A stretch of 64,000 nucleotides of DNA from positions 21,043-85,042 of the forward strand of contig CAMTVO010000020.1 in assembly GCA_947085205.1 (NCBI GenBank), in the 5' to 3' direction. The notes beneath the pieces were generated by a model. That model saw only the letters and a list, made by a program, of their open reading frames with translations. It did not search any database and was not told where the DNA came from. Below, in pieces: positions 47,566 to 60,219 of the stretch (its first letter is position 1; each line of letters opens with the position of its first letter). The position numbers and the translations under genes were made by a program. Source of the DNA: an uncultured Nitrospiraceae bacterium. Lineage in GTDB: Bacteria; Nitrospirota; Thermodesulfovibrionia; Thermodesulfovibrionales; Dissulfurispiraceae.

Positions 47566-48563
47566 TATATCTTTGCTTCTCTAAGGAACTTCGTCGCCTC
47601 TTCAGGAGGTGTGGGATTGATAAAGAATCCAGAGCCCCATTCGAATCCGGCCCTTTTTGTAAGTCTCGGCAGAATCTCAAGATGCCAATGGTAGTAATCG
47701 TTAATCTCCTCCTTGAATGGAGATATGTGGAGAATGAAGTTATAAGGCGGTGTATCGAGAACCTTGTCAATCTGCTTTAATGTCCTCTGCAATATCTCTG
47801 CAAAGCTCGCAAAGCTCTTATCAGGAGGGGAGAAATTGGATTCGTGCTTTTTGGGCAAAATCCATGTCTCAAAGGGGTCGCGAGGAGCAAATGGAGAAAG
47901 AGCCACGTATCTGTCGTTTTCATAAATAATCCTTTTGCCCGACTCCAGTTCCTGATTGATGATGTCACAGAAGATGCAGCGCTCTTTGCTGTCATAATAC
48001 TTTTTTGACGATTCCATCTCTTCTCTGACGGTCTTCGGCACAATAGGAAGCGCTATCAACTGACTATGGCTGTGCTCAAGCGATGCTCCTGCAACTTCAC
48101 CTTCATTCTTAAAAATCAGGACGTACTTGAAACGCATATCCTTCTTCAAATCTGCAAGCCTGAAATAATAAGCCCATAGCACATCTTCAACTGCCCGATG
48201 AGGCATTGTGGCAAGAGAGAGTTGATGGTCCGGAGTTTCTATAATAACCTCATGGGCTCCTATACCGTTCATCATATCGAAAACTCCCTCTCCTCGTTTA
48301 TTGAGTTCTCCATGTATCTGCAGGGCTGGAAATTTATTCGGCAATACCCTGAGCGTCCATCCCGGAGAGTTCGGCGGTGTGCTTGCAGGCCTGAAAACAA
48401 TAATCTCCGGCGGCGTTGTATGTTCATTGCCCGGACAGAATGGGCAAAAACCTCCTGCCTTTCTCTTTTGGTAAGGTGATATAAAGTCGGTGGGTCTTTT
48501 GCCCCTCTCGACAGATATGATTACCCATCTTCCTGAGATGGGGTCTTTTCTCAATTCAGGCAT
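47565..48563 (-). CDS. galT: Galactose-1-phosphate uridylyltransferase family protein
   Basis: ELRKDP, CPFCPGNE, NKFPAL, GASLEHSHSQ and GFEWGSG. Confidence 0.92.
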   Translation of the reverse strand: MPELRKDPISGRWVIISVERGKRPTDFISPYQKRKAGGFCPFCPGNEHTTPPEIIVFRPASTPPNSPGWTLRVLPNKFPALQIHGELNKRGEGVFDMMNGIGAHEVIIETPDHQLSLATMPHRAVEDVLWAYYFRLADLKKDMRFKYVLIFKNEGEVAGASLEHSHSQLIALPIVPKTVREEMESSKKYYDSKERCIFCDIINQELESGKRIIYENDRYVALSPFAPRDPFETWILPKKHESNFSPPDKSFASFAEILQRTLKQIDKVLDTPPYNFILHISPFKEEINDYYHWHLEILPRLTKRAGFEWGSGFFINPTPPEEATKFLREAKI

Positions 48564-48622
48564 AAATCCTCCCTATCAGCGCTAACAACAGACATTAATT
48601 TAAATGCTATAATTATACCACT

Positions 48623-49603
48623 ATGAAGCCAACTTTTCATGCAAGGCCTGTCAATGGCCCGTTCGAGGACCCATGCGTTTACGCAAGAATCATAAGAGAA
48701 AAAAGGGCGCTGCTTTTTGACCTCGGGCACCTTGGAAGGCTCGAACTCGGAAATCTTTTAAATATCACTGATATCTTTGTCACACATATGCACATGGACC
48801 ATTTTGCAGGCTTTGATACGGTCTTAAGAGGAGTTTTAAAAAGAGACGTCCCACTAAGAATCTTCGGCCCTGAAAATATAACAGCATGCGTGGAGGGCAA
48901 GCTCAAGGGATACACATGGAATCTGATAAAGGATTATCCGTTAAAAATCGAGGTCTTTGAAATAAAGGACAGCTCGATATCACACGCTAGCTTCTATGCT
49001 GAAAATTCATTTGCGACAATAATAAACCCTGAAACAGAATTTGAGGGGATTATCAAGAAAGAGCCTTTATTTAAGATACGCGGAATTGTACTCTCGCATC
49101 AGATTCCTGTAATTGCATATTCTTTGGAGGAAGAGTTCCATATCAATATAAACAAGGCGCTCCTGAGCGAGAGATTGCTTCCAGTCGGATCATGGCTTTC
49201 TGATTTGAAAAGGGCAATCAGAGAGAGTCAGCAGTCAGCAGTCAGCAGTCAGCAGTCTTTTGAGGTAAACAATAAAGTATACGGCCTGGAGGAATTAATG
49301 GATATTGCCACAATTACAAAAGGCCAGAAGATTTCTTATGTAATGGACATAGCTCCGACTGATGAAAACATGGAAAAGACTATCCCTTTTGTGAAAGGCT
49401 CCGATATATTATTCTGCGAGGCGTATTTTCTCCAAAAGGACATGGACAGGGCAAAGGAAAGACATCATCTTACGGCAGCGCTTGCAGGAAGGATTGCGAG
49501 GGAGGCAAATGTAGGGAGTCTCGAAATAATGCATTTTTCACCAAAATACAGGCATTGTGTCGATAAGTTGTACAATGAGGCGATGAAGGAGTTTAAAGGA
49601 TAA
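48623..49603 (+). CDS. Ribonuclease Z-like metallo-beta-lactamase-fold protein
   Basis: LLFDLG, THMHMDH, CEAYF, HHLTA and HFSPKY. Confidence 0.85.
   Translation: MKPTFHARPVNGPFEDPCVYARIIREKRALLFDLGHLGRLELGNLLNITDIFVTHMHMDHFAGFDTVLRGVLKRDVPLRIFGPENITACVEGKLKGYTWNLIKDYPLKIEVFEIKDSSISHASFYAENSFATIINPETEFEGIIKKEPLFKIRGIVLSHQIPVIAYSLEEEFHININKALLSERLLPVGSWLSDLKRAIRESQQSAVSSQQSFEVNNKVYGLEELMDIATITKGQKISYVMDIAPTDENMEKTIPFVKGSDILFCEAYFLQKDMDRAKERHHLTAALAGRIAREANVGSLEIMHFSPKYRHCVDKLYNEAMKEFKG
49226..49257 (+). repeat. (AGTCAGC)x4.5 heptamer repeat inside the RNase Z-like gene
   Basis: Read directly; encodes SQQSAVSSQQS. Confidence 0.85.
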
Positions 49604-49618
49604 ACTCTTTTTTAGTCT

Positions 49619-49897
49619 TCATGCAGGTGAGGGTGAGTCCTTCTTTGTCATTCTATACACAAACGCCAGTATCTCCGCCACCGCCCTGTAAAGCTCCGCA
49701 GGAATCTCCTGATAAAGGTCAAGTGTTGAAAGCACCTCTACAAGCTGCGGGTCATCCTTTATAGGAACATTATGCTCCTTTGCAACCTGCAAAATCCTTT
49801 CTGCAATCTTGCCGCTGCCCTTTGCTACAACCTTCGGCGCTGCGTCTTTCTCAGGCTTGTATCTAAGCGCTGCTGCTTTTTTGCGTGTTTCCGCCAT
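49619..49897 (-). CDS. FlhB C-terminus-like (EscU/YscU/HrcU family) protein
   Basis: AAALRY....[13 protein letters not shown]...AKEH.VP and [16 protein letters not shown]. Confidence 0.92.
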   Translation of the reverse strand: MAETRKKAAALRYKPEKDAAPKVVAKGSGKIAERILQVAKEHNVPIKDDPQLVEVLSTLDLYQEIPAELYRAVAEILAFVYRMTKKDSPSPA

Positions 49898-49900
49898 AAT

Positions 49901-51337
49901 CTACGCCTTAATGCTTACAGTCCTTTCAAAGGATTCGAGCTTCTCATGTTGCTCCAAAGAGGTGTCATTACTATCCAAAATATTTACTGCCTTAAGGCTT
50001 AAGCCCCTTGCGCTGAATGATTCCTGAAGCTCATTTGCATTATTGTTGAGGACTGTTTGAAATTCCGAATTTTCAGCCATGAAAGAGACAAAAAACTCTC
50101 TGTTGTACATCATTACCATTACCGAGAGTTTTCCAAAACTTTCGAGGTCGAGGTTTATCCTGCATGAATATGACATTCCCTTTGCATCGCTCCGTCCCCT
50201 CTTGAAAGAGACTTCCCCATCTTTCAAATCCTGCCAGTTAACAGGCAGAAATGTATAAAAAGAGTCTGTGGTTTTTGATAGCAACTGAAAGGTCCCTATG
50301 TCTTTAATAAGTCCGCCAATAACCCTGACAGCGCCTTCCTTTTGGGTTAGTGTGAGGTCGGCAGTCGAAAGACCTTTTAAGGTCTCTCTGCCTTCTTCAA
50401 GCATAAGCTGTTTTAACTGAAGCAGTCCTGCCTTCAAATCCTTTTTTATTGCTGCCATATCATGCTGTATCTGTTGCTGCTTGGGCTCTTGTGTAACAGC
50501 ATCCCTGCTTTGAGGCAATGTTGCTGCCCTCTTCTTATCCGGTGCAGTCTTTAGAGCATCGGCCTGCTTTATAGGCTGTTCTGCAGGCTGCTCTGTCCGT
50601 TGAAATAGCTCAATGATTGCCTTTAGCTTTGCCTCAAGCGCCACACCTGTATTTTGTAAAACACTTTTCATTGGAGTCTGCAATAGTTTCTCTATACTGA
50701 CCGTTAAATCCTTTGTAAGATTTTCTACAACCGGATGATTTTTAATGCCAGCGGGAAGTTGGTTTATAAAACTCTCAAGCCTTGTCTGGATGCTCTGTCC
50801 TGTTATTTTGAGGCTTGACTGCAATAGATTCTGAAGCTGCACCCTTATCTCTTTCGGCAATAAATTCATGTCGGACGGCAATGCCTTTAATATCTCGGAA
50901 TTAAGGGTTTGCAGTTTGGCAATATTCGCATCTGTTTTTTCTCCTAAGACAACGCCTTTTTTGATGTCTGCAAGGCTGTTTGTCAGTTCCTGAATGAGTT
51001 TTGGTATGGGGCTATCTTTAAGATTGAATGAAGGCACAGGCATTTTCTGTCCTTTGGCTGATTCAGGGGTATAGCCCATGAACTGGAGTTTTAAGTCCTT
51101 GCCCTCAACAGGCAGGTCGGTTACTTTAAAAAACGCAATCGTGCCCTTCTCAAGCGGGACTTCTGTTTTTGCTGTAATGAAGTCGCCCTTTATCTTTAGG
51201 GTTACGCCGCCTGACGGCAGAATATCCATCACCTCTGCCTTTATAATCTCTCCCAATTTGAGAGATATGGCCTTTCCTGCGGGCTTTTCTATGGTGAGAA
51301 ATCCGGTATTGAGGCTTGTAATCTTGAAATTAATCAT
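49901..51337 (-). CDS. FliK-like flagellar hook-length control protein
   Basis: Adjacent to the FlhB-C gene; C-terminal INLDLESFGKLSV...F.AE...L..N..EL. Confidence 0.7.
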   Translation of the reverse strand: MINFKITSLNTGFLTIEKPAGKAISLKLGEIIKAEVMDILPSGGVTLKIKGDFITAKTEVPLEKGTIAFFKVTDLPVEGKDLKLQFMGYTPESAKGQKMPVPSFNLKDSPIPKLIQELTNSLADIKKGVVLGEKTDANIAKLQTLNSEILKALPSDMNLLPKEIRVQLQNLLQSSLKITGQSIQTRLESFINQLPAGIKNHPVVENLTKDLTVSIEKLLQTPMKSVLQNTGVALEAKLKAIIELFQRTEQPAEQPIKQADALKTAPDKKRAATLPQSRDAVTQEPKQQQIQHDMAAIKKDLKAGLLQLKQLMLEEGRETLKGLSTADLTLTQKEGAVRVIGGLIKDIGTFQLLSKTTDSFYTFLPVNWQDLKDGEVSFKRGRSDAKGMSYSCRINLDLESFGKLSVMVMMYNREFFVSFMAENSEFQTVLNNNANELQESFSARGLSLKAVNILDSNDTSLEQHEKLESFERTVSIKA

Positions 51338-51377
51338 GGCTACTTCTATTATATCCTAATACGAGTTAAGGAGTTAA

Positions 51378-52656
<1,279 letters not shown>

Positions 52657-52658
<2 letters not shown>

Positions 52659-52678
52659 AGGGGGCAGAACCCCCTTTT
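52657..52678. terminator. Hairpin between convergent serS and ahcY
   Basis: AAAGGGGG-CAGAA-CCCCCTTT. Confidence 0.7.
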
Positions 52679-52681
52679 GCA

Positions 52682-53941
<1,260 letters not shown>

Positions 53942-53960
53942 TTATCCTCCAATTGTAATA

Positions 53961-54027
53961 AGTGTCAGTGATCAGTGTCTGTGTCAGTGATTATTTTTAC
54001 TGTCACTAAACACTGACACTCTTCACT
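53961..54027. repeat. Intergenic short-repeat hairpin
   Basis: AGTGTCAGTG (53961-53970) pairs with CACTGACACT (54011-54020); internal CAGTG repeats. Confidence 0.7.
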
Positions 54028-54028
54028 T

Positions 54029-55192
54029 TTACAGTCCTGCATCCTTTTTAAGAGCATCTGCCATGTCGGTCTTTTCCCATGTAAATCCGTCTTCGTTCCT
54101 TCCGAAGTGTCCGTAAGCTGCTGTCTTTTTGTATATGGGCCTTCTCAAATCGAATTTCTCTATAATGCTTTTAGGTGTCATGTCGAAGTTCTTTATAATG
54201 AGTTTTGATATATCTGCATCGGCTATCTTGCCTGTGCCGAAGGTGTCAACAAAAACAGAAACAGGCTCCGGTATGCCGATTGCATATGCAAGCTGTATCT
54301 CGCATCTCGCTGCTATTCCTGATGCGACTATATTTTTGGCTATGTAGCGGGACATGTATGATGCAGACCTGTCGACCTTCGAAGGATCTTTTCCTGAGAA
54401 ACATCCTCCGCCGTGGCTTCCGACACCACCGTATGTATCGACGATTATCTTTCTTCCTGTAAGTCCGGTGTCTCCCTGAGGACCGCCGATAACAAATCTG
54501 CCTGTAGGATTAATGTGATAAACTACATTCTCTTCGTCAAGGAGTTCCGGAGGTATTACCGGCTTTATGACCTTTTCTATTATGTCTTCCCTCAGTTCCT
54601 TCAATGTTATGTCAGGGCTGTGCTGGGAGGATATGACAATTGTACGCACCTTGTAGGGTTTGCCGTCTTTATATTCTATTGATACCTGTGATTTTCCGTC
54701 TGGACGGAGGTATCCGAGGATATCTTTTTTCCTCACCTCTGCCAATTTCCTTGTGAGTTTATGCGCAAGCATAATAGGCATCGGCATTAATTCAGGCGTT
54801 TCATCGCATGCAAAACCGAACATCAAGCCCTGGTCTCCCGCGCCTCCTATATCAACACCAATAGCAATGTCTGAGGATTGTTTGTCTATAGAGGTAATCA
54901 CTGCGCATGTCTCGTAATCAAAACCGTATTTGGCCCTTGTGTACCCGATATCTTTTATAGTTTCCCTCACTATATCCGGAATATGGACATAACAGGTTGT
55001 TGTTATCTCACCTGCAACAAACGCCATTCCTGTTGTTACAAGGCACTCACATGCAACCCTTGCTATAGGATCTTGTGCCAAAATCGCATCCAGTACTGCA
55101 TCGGATATCTGGTCTGCAATCTTGTCAGGATGACCTTCTGTCACCGACTCTGAAGTAAATAAAAAGTCTCTGCCGTTTGACACGCTTGCCAT
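54029..55192 (-). CDS. metK: S-adenosylmethionine synthetase
   Basis: [29 protein letters not shown] and [10 protein letters not shown]. Confidence 0.98.
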   Translation of the reverse strand: MASVSNGRDFLFTSESVTEGHPDKIADQISDAVLDAILAQDPIARVACECLVTTGMAFVAGEITTTCYVHIPDIVRETIKDIGYTRAKYGFDYETCAVITSIDKQSSDIAIGVDIGGAGDQGLMFGFACDETPELMPMPIMLAHKLTRKLAEVRKKDILGYLRPDGKSQVSIEYKDGKPYKVRTIVISSQHSPDITLKELREDIIEKVIKPVIPPELLDEENVVYHINPTGRFVIGGPQGDTGLTGRKIIVDTYGGVGSHGGGCFSGKDPSKVDRSASYMSRYIAKNIVASGIAARCEIQLAYAIGIPEPVSVFVDTFGTGKIADADISKLIIKNFDMTPKSIIEKFDLRRPIYKKTAAYGHFGRNEDGFTWEKTDMADALKKDAGL

Positions 55193-55211
55193 GGTTCACC
55201 TCCATTAGTTT

Positions 55212-55271
55212 CGTAATGCATTATGCGTAAAGCGTGATGCGAAAACATACTCATCACACATCACGGATTAC
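55212..55271. repeat. Intergenic heptamer-repeat hairpin
   Basis: CGTAATG/CATTATG/CGTAAAG/CGTGATG followed by the complementary CATCACA/CATCACG. Confidence 0.65.
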
Positions 55272-55274
55272 TCT

Positions 55275-56291
55275 TTACGGTTTTATAAGTTCTTCCGCTA
55301 TCTGTACTGCATTTAGCGCCGCTCCCTTTCTCAGGTTATCGGCAGCAATCCACATGTTAATACCGTTTTCGAGGGATTCGTCCTCTCTGATTCTTCCTAC
55401 ATAAACCGCATCCTTGCCTGCCACATCGATTGGAAGGGGATATAAATTCTTCTCCGGCGCGTCAAAGACGATAATTCCCGGCGCCTTTGAAAATATTGAG
55501 CGCACCTCATTGGGTGTTATCTTTTTCTCTGTCTCTATATTCACGGACTCGGAATGCCCCCTGAATACAGGAACCCTTACTGTTGTGGCTGTGACCCCTA
55601 TAGAGTTGTCGCCCATTATCTTCTTTGTCTCATAGACCATCTTCATCTCTTCCTTTGTGTAGCCGTTTTCGAGAAATTTATCGATATGCGGGAGAACATT
55701 AAATGCTATCTGATGCGGATAGACATTACGCTGAATCTCCTTGAAGTTCAAGAGGTCTATAGTCTGCTGTAAAAGCTCATCCATAGCCTTTTTGCCCGTG
55801 CCTGACACAGCCTGAAATGTAGTTACAACAACCCTCTTTATCTTTGCAGCATCATGTATCGGCTTTAATGCAACAACCATCTGTATTGTCGAGCAGTTCG
55901 GATTTGCAATAATTCCTTTATGCCACTTGAGGTCATGGGCATTAACCTCAGGGACAACAAGGGGCACTTCAGTATCCATCCTCCACTGGCTTGAGTTATC
56001 AACAACCACGCATCCTGATTTTGCTGCAATCGGCGCCCATATCTTCGACCTCTCTGCGCCTGCAGAAAAGAGCGCAATGTCTATGCCATTGAAGGAGTTT
56101 TCATCAACTGTTTCGACAGGTATTTCGCTGCCTTCAAACTGGAGAGTTTTTCCTTCTGAGCGCTCTGATGCAAAGAGCCTGAGTTTTTCGACTGGAAACT
56201 TTCTTTCCTCCAGAACAGCAATCATCTCGTTACCTACCGCGCCTGTGGCGCCTACAACAGCGACTATATATCTTTCCTTCTTCTTAAGCAT
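55275..56291 (-). CDS. asd: Aspartate-semialdehyde dehydrogenase
   Basis: VVGATGAVG, ANPNCSTIQ, RVPVFRGHSE and DNLRKGAALNAVQ. Confidence 0.98.
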   Translation of the reverse strand: MLKKKERYIVAVVGATGAVGNEMIAVLEERKFPVEKLRLFASERSEGKTLQFEGSEIPVETVDENSFNGIDIALFSAGAERSKIWAPIAAKSGCVVVDNSSQWRMDTEVPLVVPEVNAHDLKWHKGIIANPNCSTIQMVVALKPIHDAAKIKRVVVTTFQAVSGTGKKAMDELLQQTIDLLNFKEIQRNVYPHQIAFNVLPHIDKFLENGYTKEEMKMVYETKKIMGDNSIGVTATTVRVPVFRGHSESVNIETEKKITPNEVRSIFSKAPGIIVFDAPEKNLYPLPIDVAGKDAVYVGRIREDESLENGINMWIAADNLRKGAALNAVQIAEELIKP

Positions 56292-56296
56292 CTTTT

Positions 56297-57370
56297 TTAC
56301 TCCTTTATCTCAGTTACGTGCTTTGCGACTAAATCTCCAACCTCTGTGGTCGTAAGTCCCATCTTTCCCGCTGCAAGGCTTTTCAGATGTTTGCCTGTAA
56401 CTTCCATGACCGCCTTCTCGATGGTTTTTCCTGCTATGTCTTCTCCGAGATGCTCCAGCATCATTCCGCCGGCGCATATTGCAGCCAACGGATTGATTAT
56501 GTTCTTGCCTTTGTATTTCGGCGCAGAGCCGCCGATGGGCTCAAACATCGAAACGCCTTGAGGATTGATATTGCCTCCTGCTGCAATGCCCATGCCTCCC
56601 TGTATCATTGCGCCTAAATCAGTGATTATATCGCCGAACATATTGTCAGTAACTATGACATCAAACCATTCCGGATTTTTCACAAACCACATTGTTATTG
56701 CGTCTACATGCGCATAATCAACCTTTATATCAGGATATTCTTTTGCAACCTCATAGAAAGTCCTCTCCCACAGATCAAATGCGAATGTCAGCACATTTGT
56801 CTTTCCGCAAAGAGTAAGCTTTTTATTTTTGTTTCTTTTTCTGCAATATTCAAACGCATATCTGATGCACCGCTCAACGCCTTTTCTTGTGTTTATAGAT
56901 TCCTGAACAGCCACCTCGTCAGACGTTCCTTTTTTCAGCACTCCTCCTGCGCCTGCATAGAGCCCTTCTGTATTCTCCCTGACAACGACAAAATCTATAT
57001 GCTCAGGACCTTTGTCTTTTAAAGGACACTCCACGCCTGGATAAAGCTTAACCGGCCTCAAATTCACATACTGGTCAAGCTCAAATCTCAGTCTTAATAA
57101 AATACCCTTTTCGAGGATTCCGGGCTTTACATCAGGATGTCCTATAGCGCCGAGATAGATTGCATCGAATTTTTTGAGCTCATCTATTGCTCCATTAGGG
57201 AGTGTTTCGCCTGTCCTTAAATACCTGTCGCCTCCAAAATCGAAGTGGTTAAAGTTGAGCTTGAATCCGAACCTTGCTGATGCGGCATTAAGAACTTTTA
57301 GCCCCTCGGCTACTACCTCAGGCCCTGTGCCGTCTCCGGCTATTACTGCAATGTTATAAATCTTGTTCAT
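56297..57370 (-). CDS. leuB: 3-isopropylmalate dehydrogenase
   Basis: [18 protein letters not shown] and NMFGDIITD; adjacent to leuD. Confidence 0.92.
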   Translation of the reverse strand: MNKIYNIAVIAGDGTGPEVVAEGLKVLNAASARFGFKLNFNHFDFGGDRYLRTGETLPNGAIDELKKFDAIYLGAIGHPDVKPGILEKGILLRLRFELDQYVNLRPVKLYPGVECPLKDKGPEHIDFVVVRENTEGLYAGAGGVLKKGTSDEVAVQESINTRKGVERCIRYAFEYCRKRNKNKKLTLCGKTNVLTFAFDLWERTFYEVAKEYPDIKVDYAHVDAITMWFVKNPEWFDVIVTDNMFGDIITDLGAMIQGGMGIAAGGNINPQGVSMFEPIGGSAPKYKGKNIINPLAAICAGGMMLEHLGEDIAGKTIEKAVMEVTGKHLKSLAAGKMGLTTTEVGDLVAKHVTEIKE

Positions 57371-57392
57371 ACTGCAACTCCCTTTAAATCAA

Positions 57393-57420
57393 TGTTTGGT
57401 GTTCAGTGTTTGATGTTTTG
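57393..57420. repeat. Degenerate heptamer repeat (TGTTYNN)x4
   Basis: TGTTTGG TGTTCAG TGTTTGA TGTTTTG between leuD and leuB. Confidence 0.6.
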
Positions 57421-57422
57421 TA

Positions 57423-57923
57423 TCAAACATTAAGTATTATCTTTTTCTTTGTCCATTCTATTAAGCCTCCGGCAGCTATCAATTCCTGCATAAACGGAGG
57501 TATCGGTTTTGCTGTATATTGTTCGTTTTTTGTTAGGTTTTTTATAATGCCGCTGCCTGCATCGATCTCCACTGTATCTCCTTCTTTAATCTTCTTTGAC
57601 GCCTCTTCTGACTCGAATATTGGAAGACCGATATTAAATGAATTGCGATAAAAAATCCTTGCAAAACTCTTTGCAATAACCGCCTGAATGCCGGCAGCCT
57701 TTATGGCAATGGGAGCATGCTCTCTGGATGAGCCGCAGCCGAAGTTTTTGCCTGCGACGAATATATCGCCTGCCTTTACCTTATTCGGAAATTCTTTGTC
57801 CGCATCCTCCATGACATGCCTTGCAAGTTCTTTTGGGTCGGATGTATTAAGGTATCTTGCAGGGATAATTGCATCTGTATCTATATCATCGCCAAATCTC
57901 CAGACCTTGCCTTTGAGCAACAT
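57423..57923 (-). CDS. leuD: 3-isopropylmalate dehydratase small subunit
   Basis: [22 protein letters not shown] and SFARIFYRN. Confidence 0.93.
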   Translation of the reverse strand: MLLKGKVWRFGDDIDTDAIIPARYLNTSDPKELARHVMEDADKEFPNKVKAGDIFVAGKNFGCGSSREHAPIAIKAAGIQAVIAKSFARIFYRNSFNIGLPIFESEEASKKIKEGDTVEIDAGSGIIKNLTKNEQYTAKPIPPFMQELIAAGGLIEWTKKKIILNV

Positions 57924-57983
57924 AAGAGACCTCCGAAATTCTTTTTAAGCTAAATATTATAAACTTTTATTATAATAATTTCC

Positions 57984-58982
57984 ATGAAAAAAGTAATGAT
58001 TCTCCTTGGCCCTACAGGGGTTGGAAAGACAGCGGTATCCATTCTCCTCGCAAAGCATTTGGACACAGAAATCATAAGCTCCGACTCTATGCAGATTTAC
58101 AGGCACATGGATATCGGAACAGCCAAGCCGACAAAAAAAGAGAGAGAGTCCGTGAGGCATCACATGATAGACATTGTCGAGCCGTGGGAATCATACAGCA
58201 CAGGGGACTACATAAAAGATGTACATCCGATTATTGAAAATCTTCTGGGCAAAGGAAAAATCCCTATCATCGTCGGCGGCACTGGCCTTTACATAAGGGC
58301 AATGACAAGGGGGATTTTCACAGGCCCTTCTGCCGACTGGGACTTGAGGAATGAACTGCTCCAGAAAGAGGACTCAGAGCGAGGTTTTTTATACGAACAT
58401 CTTAAATCCCTCGACCCGATTGCCGCATCAAAGATAATGCCCACCGATACGAGAAGGGTTATAAGGGCATTGGAAGTATGCTTAAAAAGTGATAAAACTA
58501 TTTCAGAATTGCAGCGGGCTTTAACCGAGCCACTGCCTTATGAATTTATAAAAATTGGAATTACAAGGGACAGAAAAGAACTTTACAAGATGATAGAGCA
58601 AAGGGTGGATAAGATGATAGAACAGGGGTTGGTTGATGAAGTCAAAACCGTGATAGAACTGATAAAAAGCAAGGGCTATAGGCAAGAGGCTATAGGCGTT
58701 AGTGAAAAAGAGTCTTTGCCCATTGCCCATTGCCCATTGCCTCTTGCCTATTCCTCCATGCAGGCAATCGGCTATAAGGAAATAGCCATGCATCTTTATG
58801 GCAAAATAAGTCTTGAAGAGGCAATAACTCTTGTGAAGAAAAGGTCGAGGAATTATGCAAAGAGACAGTTTACATGGTTTAAGAAAGAGGAAGGAATCCG
58901 GTGGATAGATGTAACGGGGGTTTATGATGCTTCTGAAATAGTTAAGAAGGTATCATATATGATCACCAAACTTCCAGACTAA
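57984..58982 (+). CDS. miaA: tRNA dimethylallyltransferase
   Basis: GPTGVGKT, DSMQIYR.MDIGTAKP, VGGTGLY, QAIGYKE and YAKRQFTWF. Confidence 0.97.
   Translation: MKKVMILLGPTGVGKTAVSILLAKHLDTEIISSDSMQIYRHMDIGTAKPTKKERESVRHHMIDIVEPWESYSTGDYIKDVHPIIENLLGKGKIPIIVGGTGLYIRAMTRGIFTGPSADWDLRNELLQKEDSERGFLYEHLKSLDPIAASKIMPTDTRRVIRALEVCLKSDKTISELQRALTEPLPYEFIKIGITRDRKELYKMIEQRVDKMIEQGLVDEVKTVIELIKSKGYRQEAIGVSEKESLPIAHCPLPLAYSSMQAIGYKEIAMHLYGKISLEEAITLVKKRSRNYAKRQFTWFKKEEGIRWIDVTGVYDASEIVKKVSYMITKLPD
58671..58751. repeat. Heptamer-repeat inverted element inside miaA
   Basis: ATAGGCAAGAGGC (58678-58690) is the reverse complement of GCCTCTTGCCTAT (58739-58751); (TTGCCYN)x5 on the right arm. Confidence 0.8.
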
Positions 58983-59381
58983 AGTCCCTATATCTTCTTA
59001 TCAGATCAAAGTCTGCTCTATTTGAAGTAATAACGGTTGCGCCATAATTCCTCGCAGTAAGGGCTATTAAAACATCAAAATGTAAATCCCTCCGCTTGTC
59101 TGGAGAAAATCCTCTGTCTTTATAAATCCTTGATAATATCTGCCCTGATTCCAGCCAGTTTTTTCTGTAGGAGTCAATATTGGATGGTTTTTTGACAGAG
59201 TGACTACAAAATCTAATTCTATTTCTTTTGTGGCTCCTCTTGCTAATTCTGATAGAACGACAGAAGAATTTCTTATAAGAGCGTTTATGTTTTGGAAGTG
59301 GTTAGTATATTTATTTGTCCTCAAATGGTCTATAAAGACTGACGTGTCAAAAATAATAATTCTACTTGCCGTGCGCCTCAA
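58963..59381 (-). pseudogene. PIN (VapC-like) toxin, frameshifted in an A-run near 59160
   Basis: IIFDTSVFID and SSVVLSEL. The shifted frame continues NWLESG...HFDVLIALTAR...ITSNRADF...LEVW* to 58963. Confidence 0.82.
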
Positions 59382-59556
59382 ACTTCAGTTTTCCACCGTA
59401 CTTTGACATAAGCTCCTTAAATTTCTTAAGGGTAACCATCTCCCTTAAGGCTATGTGCACTGCCTCGCTTCTGCTCTTTACGCCAAGCACTTTTACCGCC
59501 TCATCGGCAAGTTTTATATCAAGCCGTATGGATGTCATTTTAGTTGCTGTTCTCAT
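59362..59556 (-). CDS. VapB-like ribbon-helix-helix antitoxin
   Basis: TSIRLD..LADEA..LG.KSRSEAV..AL; overlaps the start of the PIN gene. Confidence 0.85.
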   Translation of the reverse strand: MRTATKMTSIRLDIKLADEAVKVLGVKSRSEAVHIALREMVTLKKFKELMSKYGGKLKFEAHGK

Positions 59557-59840
59557 TAATAACGCCTCCTCATTTGTATATACATAGATTATTATTTTTA
59601 TATACGATTGTCAACTCAGCGAATTGCCTCATCAAAAATCTATATGAAACTGAATCGTTGCCTCATTTAAAAAGGGTCTTCGTGAAATAGTGTGAGTAAA
59701 AAGTGATAAGTTGAGAGGTGTAGACCGGCTCTGGGTAATGAAAAAATGGGTTCAAGATGTGTAAGAAAATCTGGTAAGATTACCTATGGGGGAAAGCGGT
59801 TATTCCAATACGAATCAAATGGAACGTTTAACATATTGTT

Positions 59841-59907
59841 GTCATTTCCCGGCTTGCCTGCCCTCGAAGGTAGTAATCGGGGAATGATAAGGGGGTCGGG
59901 GAATGAC
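59841..59907. repeat. REP/MITE-like element
   Basis: GTCATT...GGAATGAC termini; core GCCTGCCCTCGAA...ATCGGGG shared with 12721-12747. Confidence 0.6.
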
Positions 59908-59939
59908 ATGAGTTTGCAAGAATTTACCCACTTGATTAC

Positions 59940-60208
59940 GCGAAGACCCAAAATTAAGACGGTTTCGTAATGTATTTGGAGTGGAATGGCGCAACGACCG
60001 GAGAGACGCAAAGATGCTGGCAAAGATGTTGAAATTAAAAGACCATATGGATGCCGGAGAAGAAAAGGCATTCATAGCGGTAGAGAAACCGCCGGCAGTC
60101 CATGAAAAGCTCAGGATACTCTCAAGGCATCAACAGAGCCTGATAGATGAGAAAGTCAGTATACAGAACCGGCTGAAGAAAAGGCTGCTTTGTGTAGCCT
60201 ATTCTTAA
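59940..60208 (+). mobile_element. IS110-family transposase remnant
   Basis: NDRRDAKMLAKML and LRILSRHQQSL....IQNRL resemble the IS110 KTD..DA..LA and LR.L.R....NR motifs. Confidence 0.55.
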
Positions 60209-60219
60209 TTTCCCTGCTT

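Noticed and set aside
49619..51337. Type III secretion system
   Set aside because: A FliK-like plus FlhB-C pair is a common stand-alone flagellar accessory pair; no other export genes are present.
55193..55274. SAM riboswitch upstream of metK
   Set aside because: The spacer is short and explained by heptamer repeats; no SAM-I core recognised.
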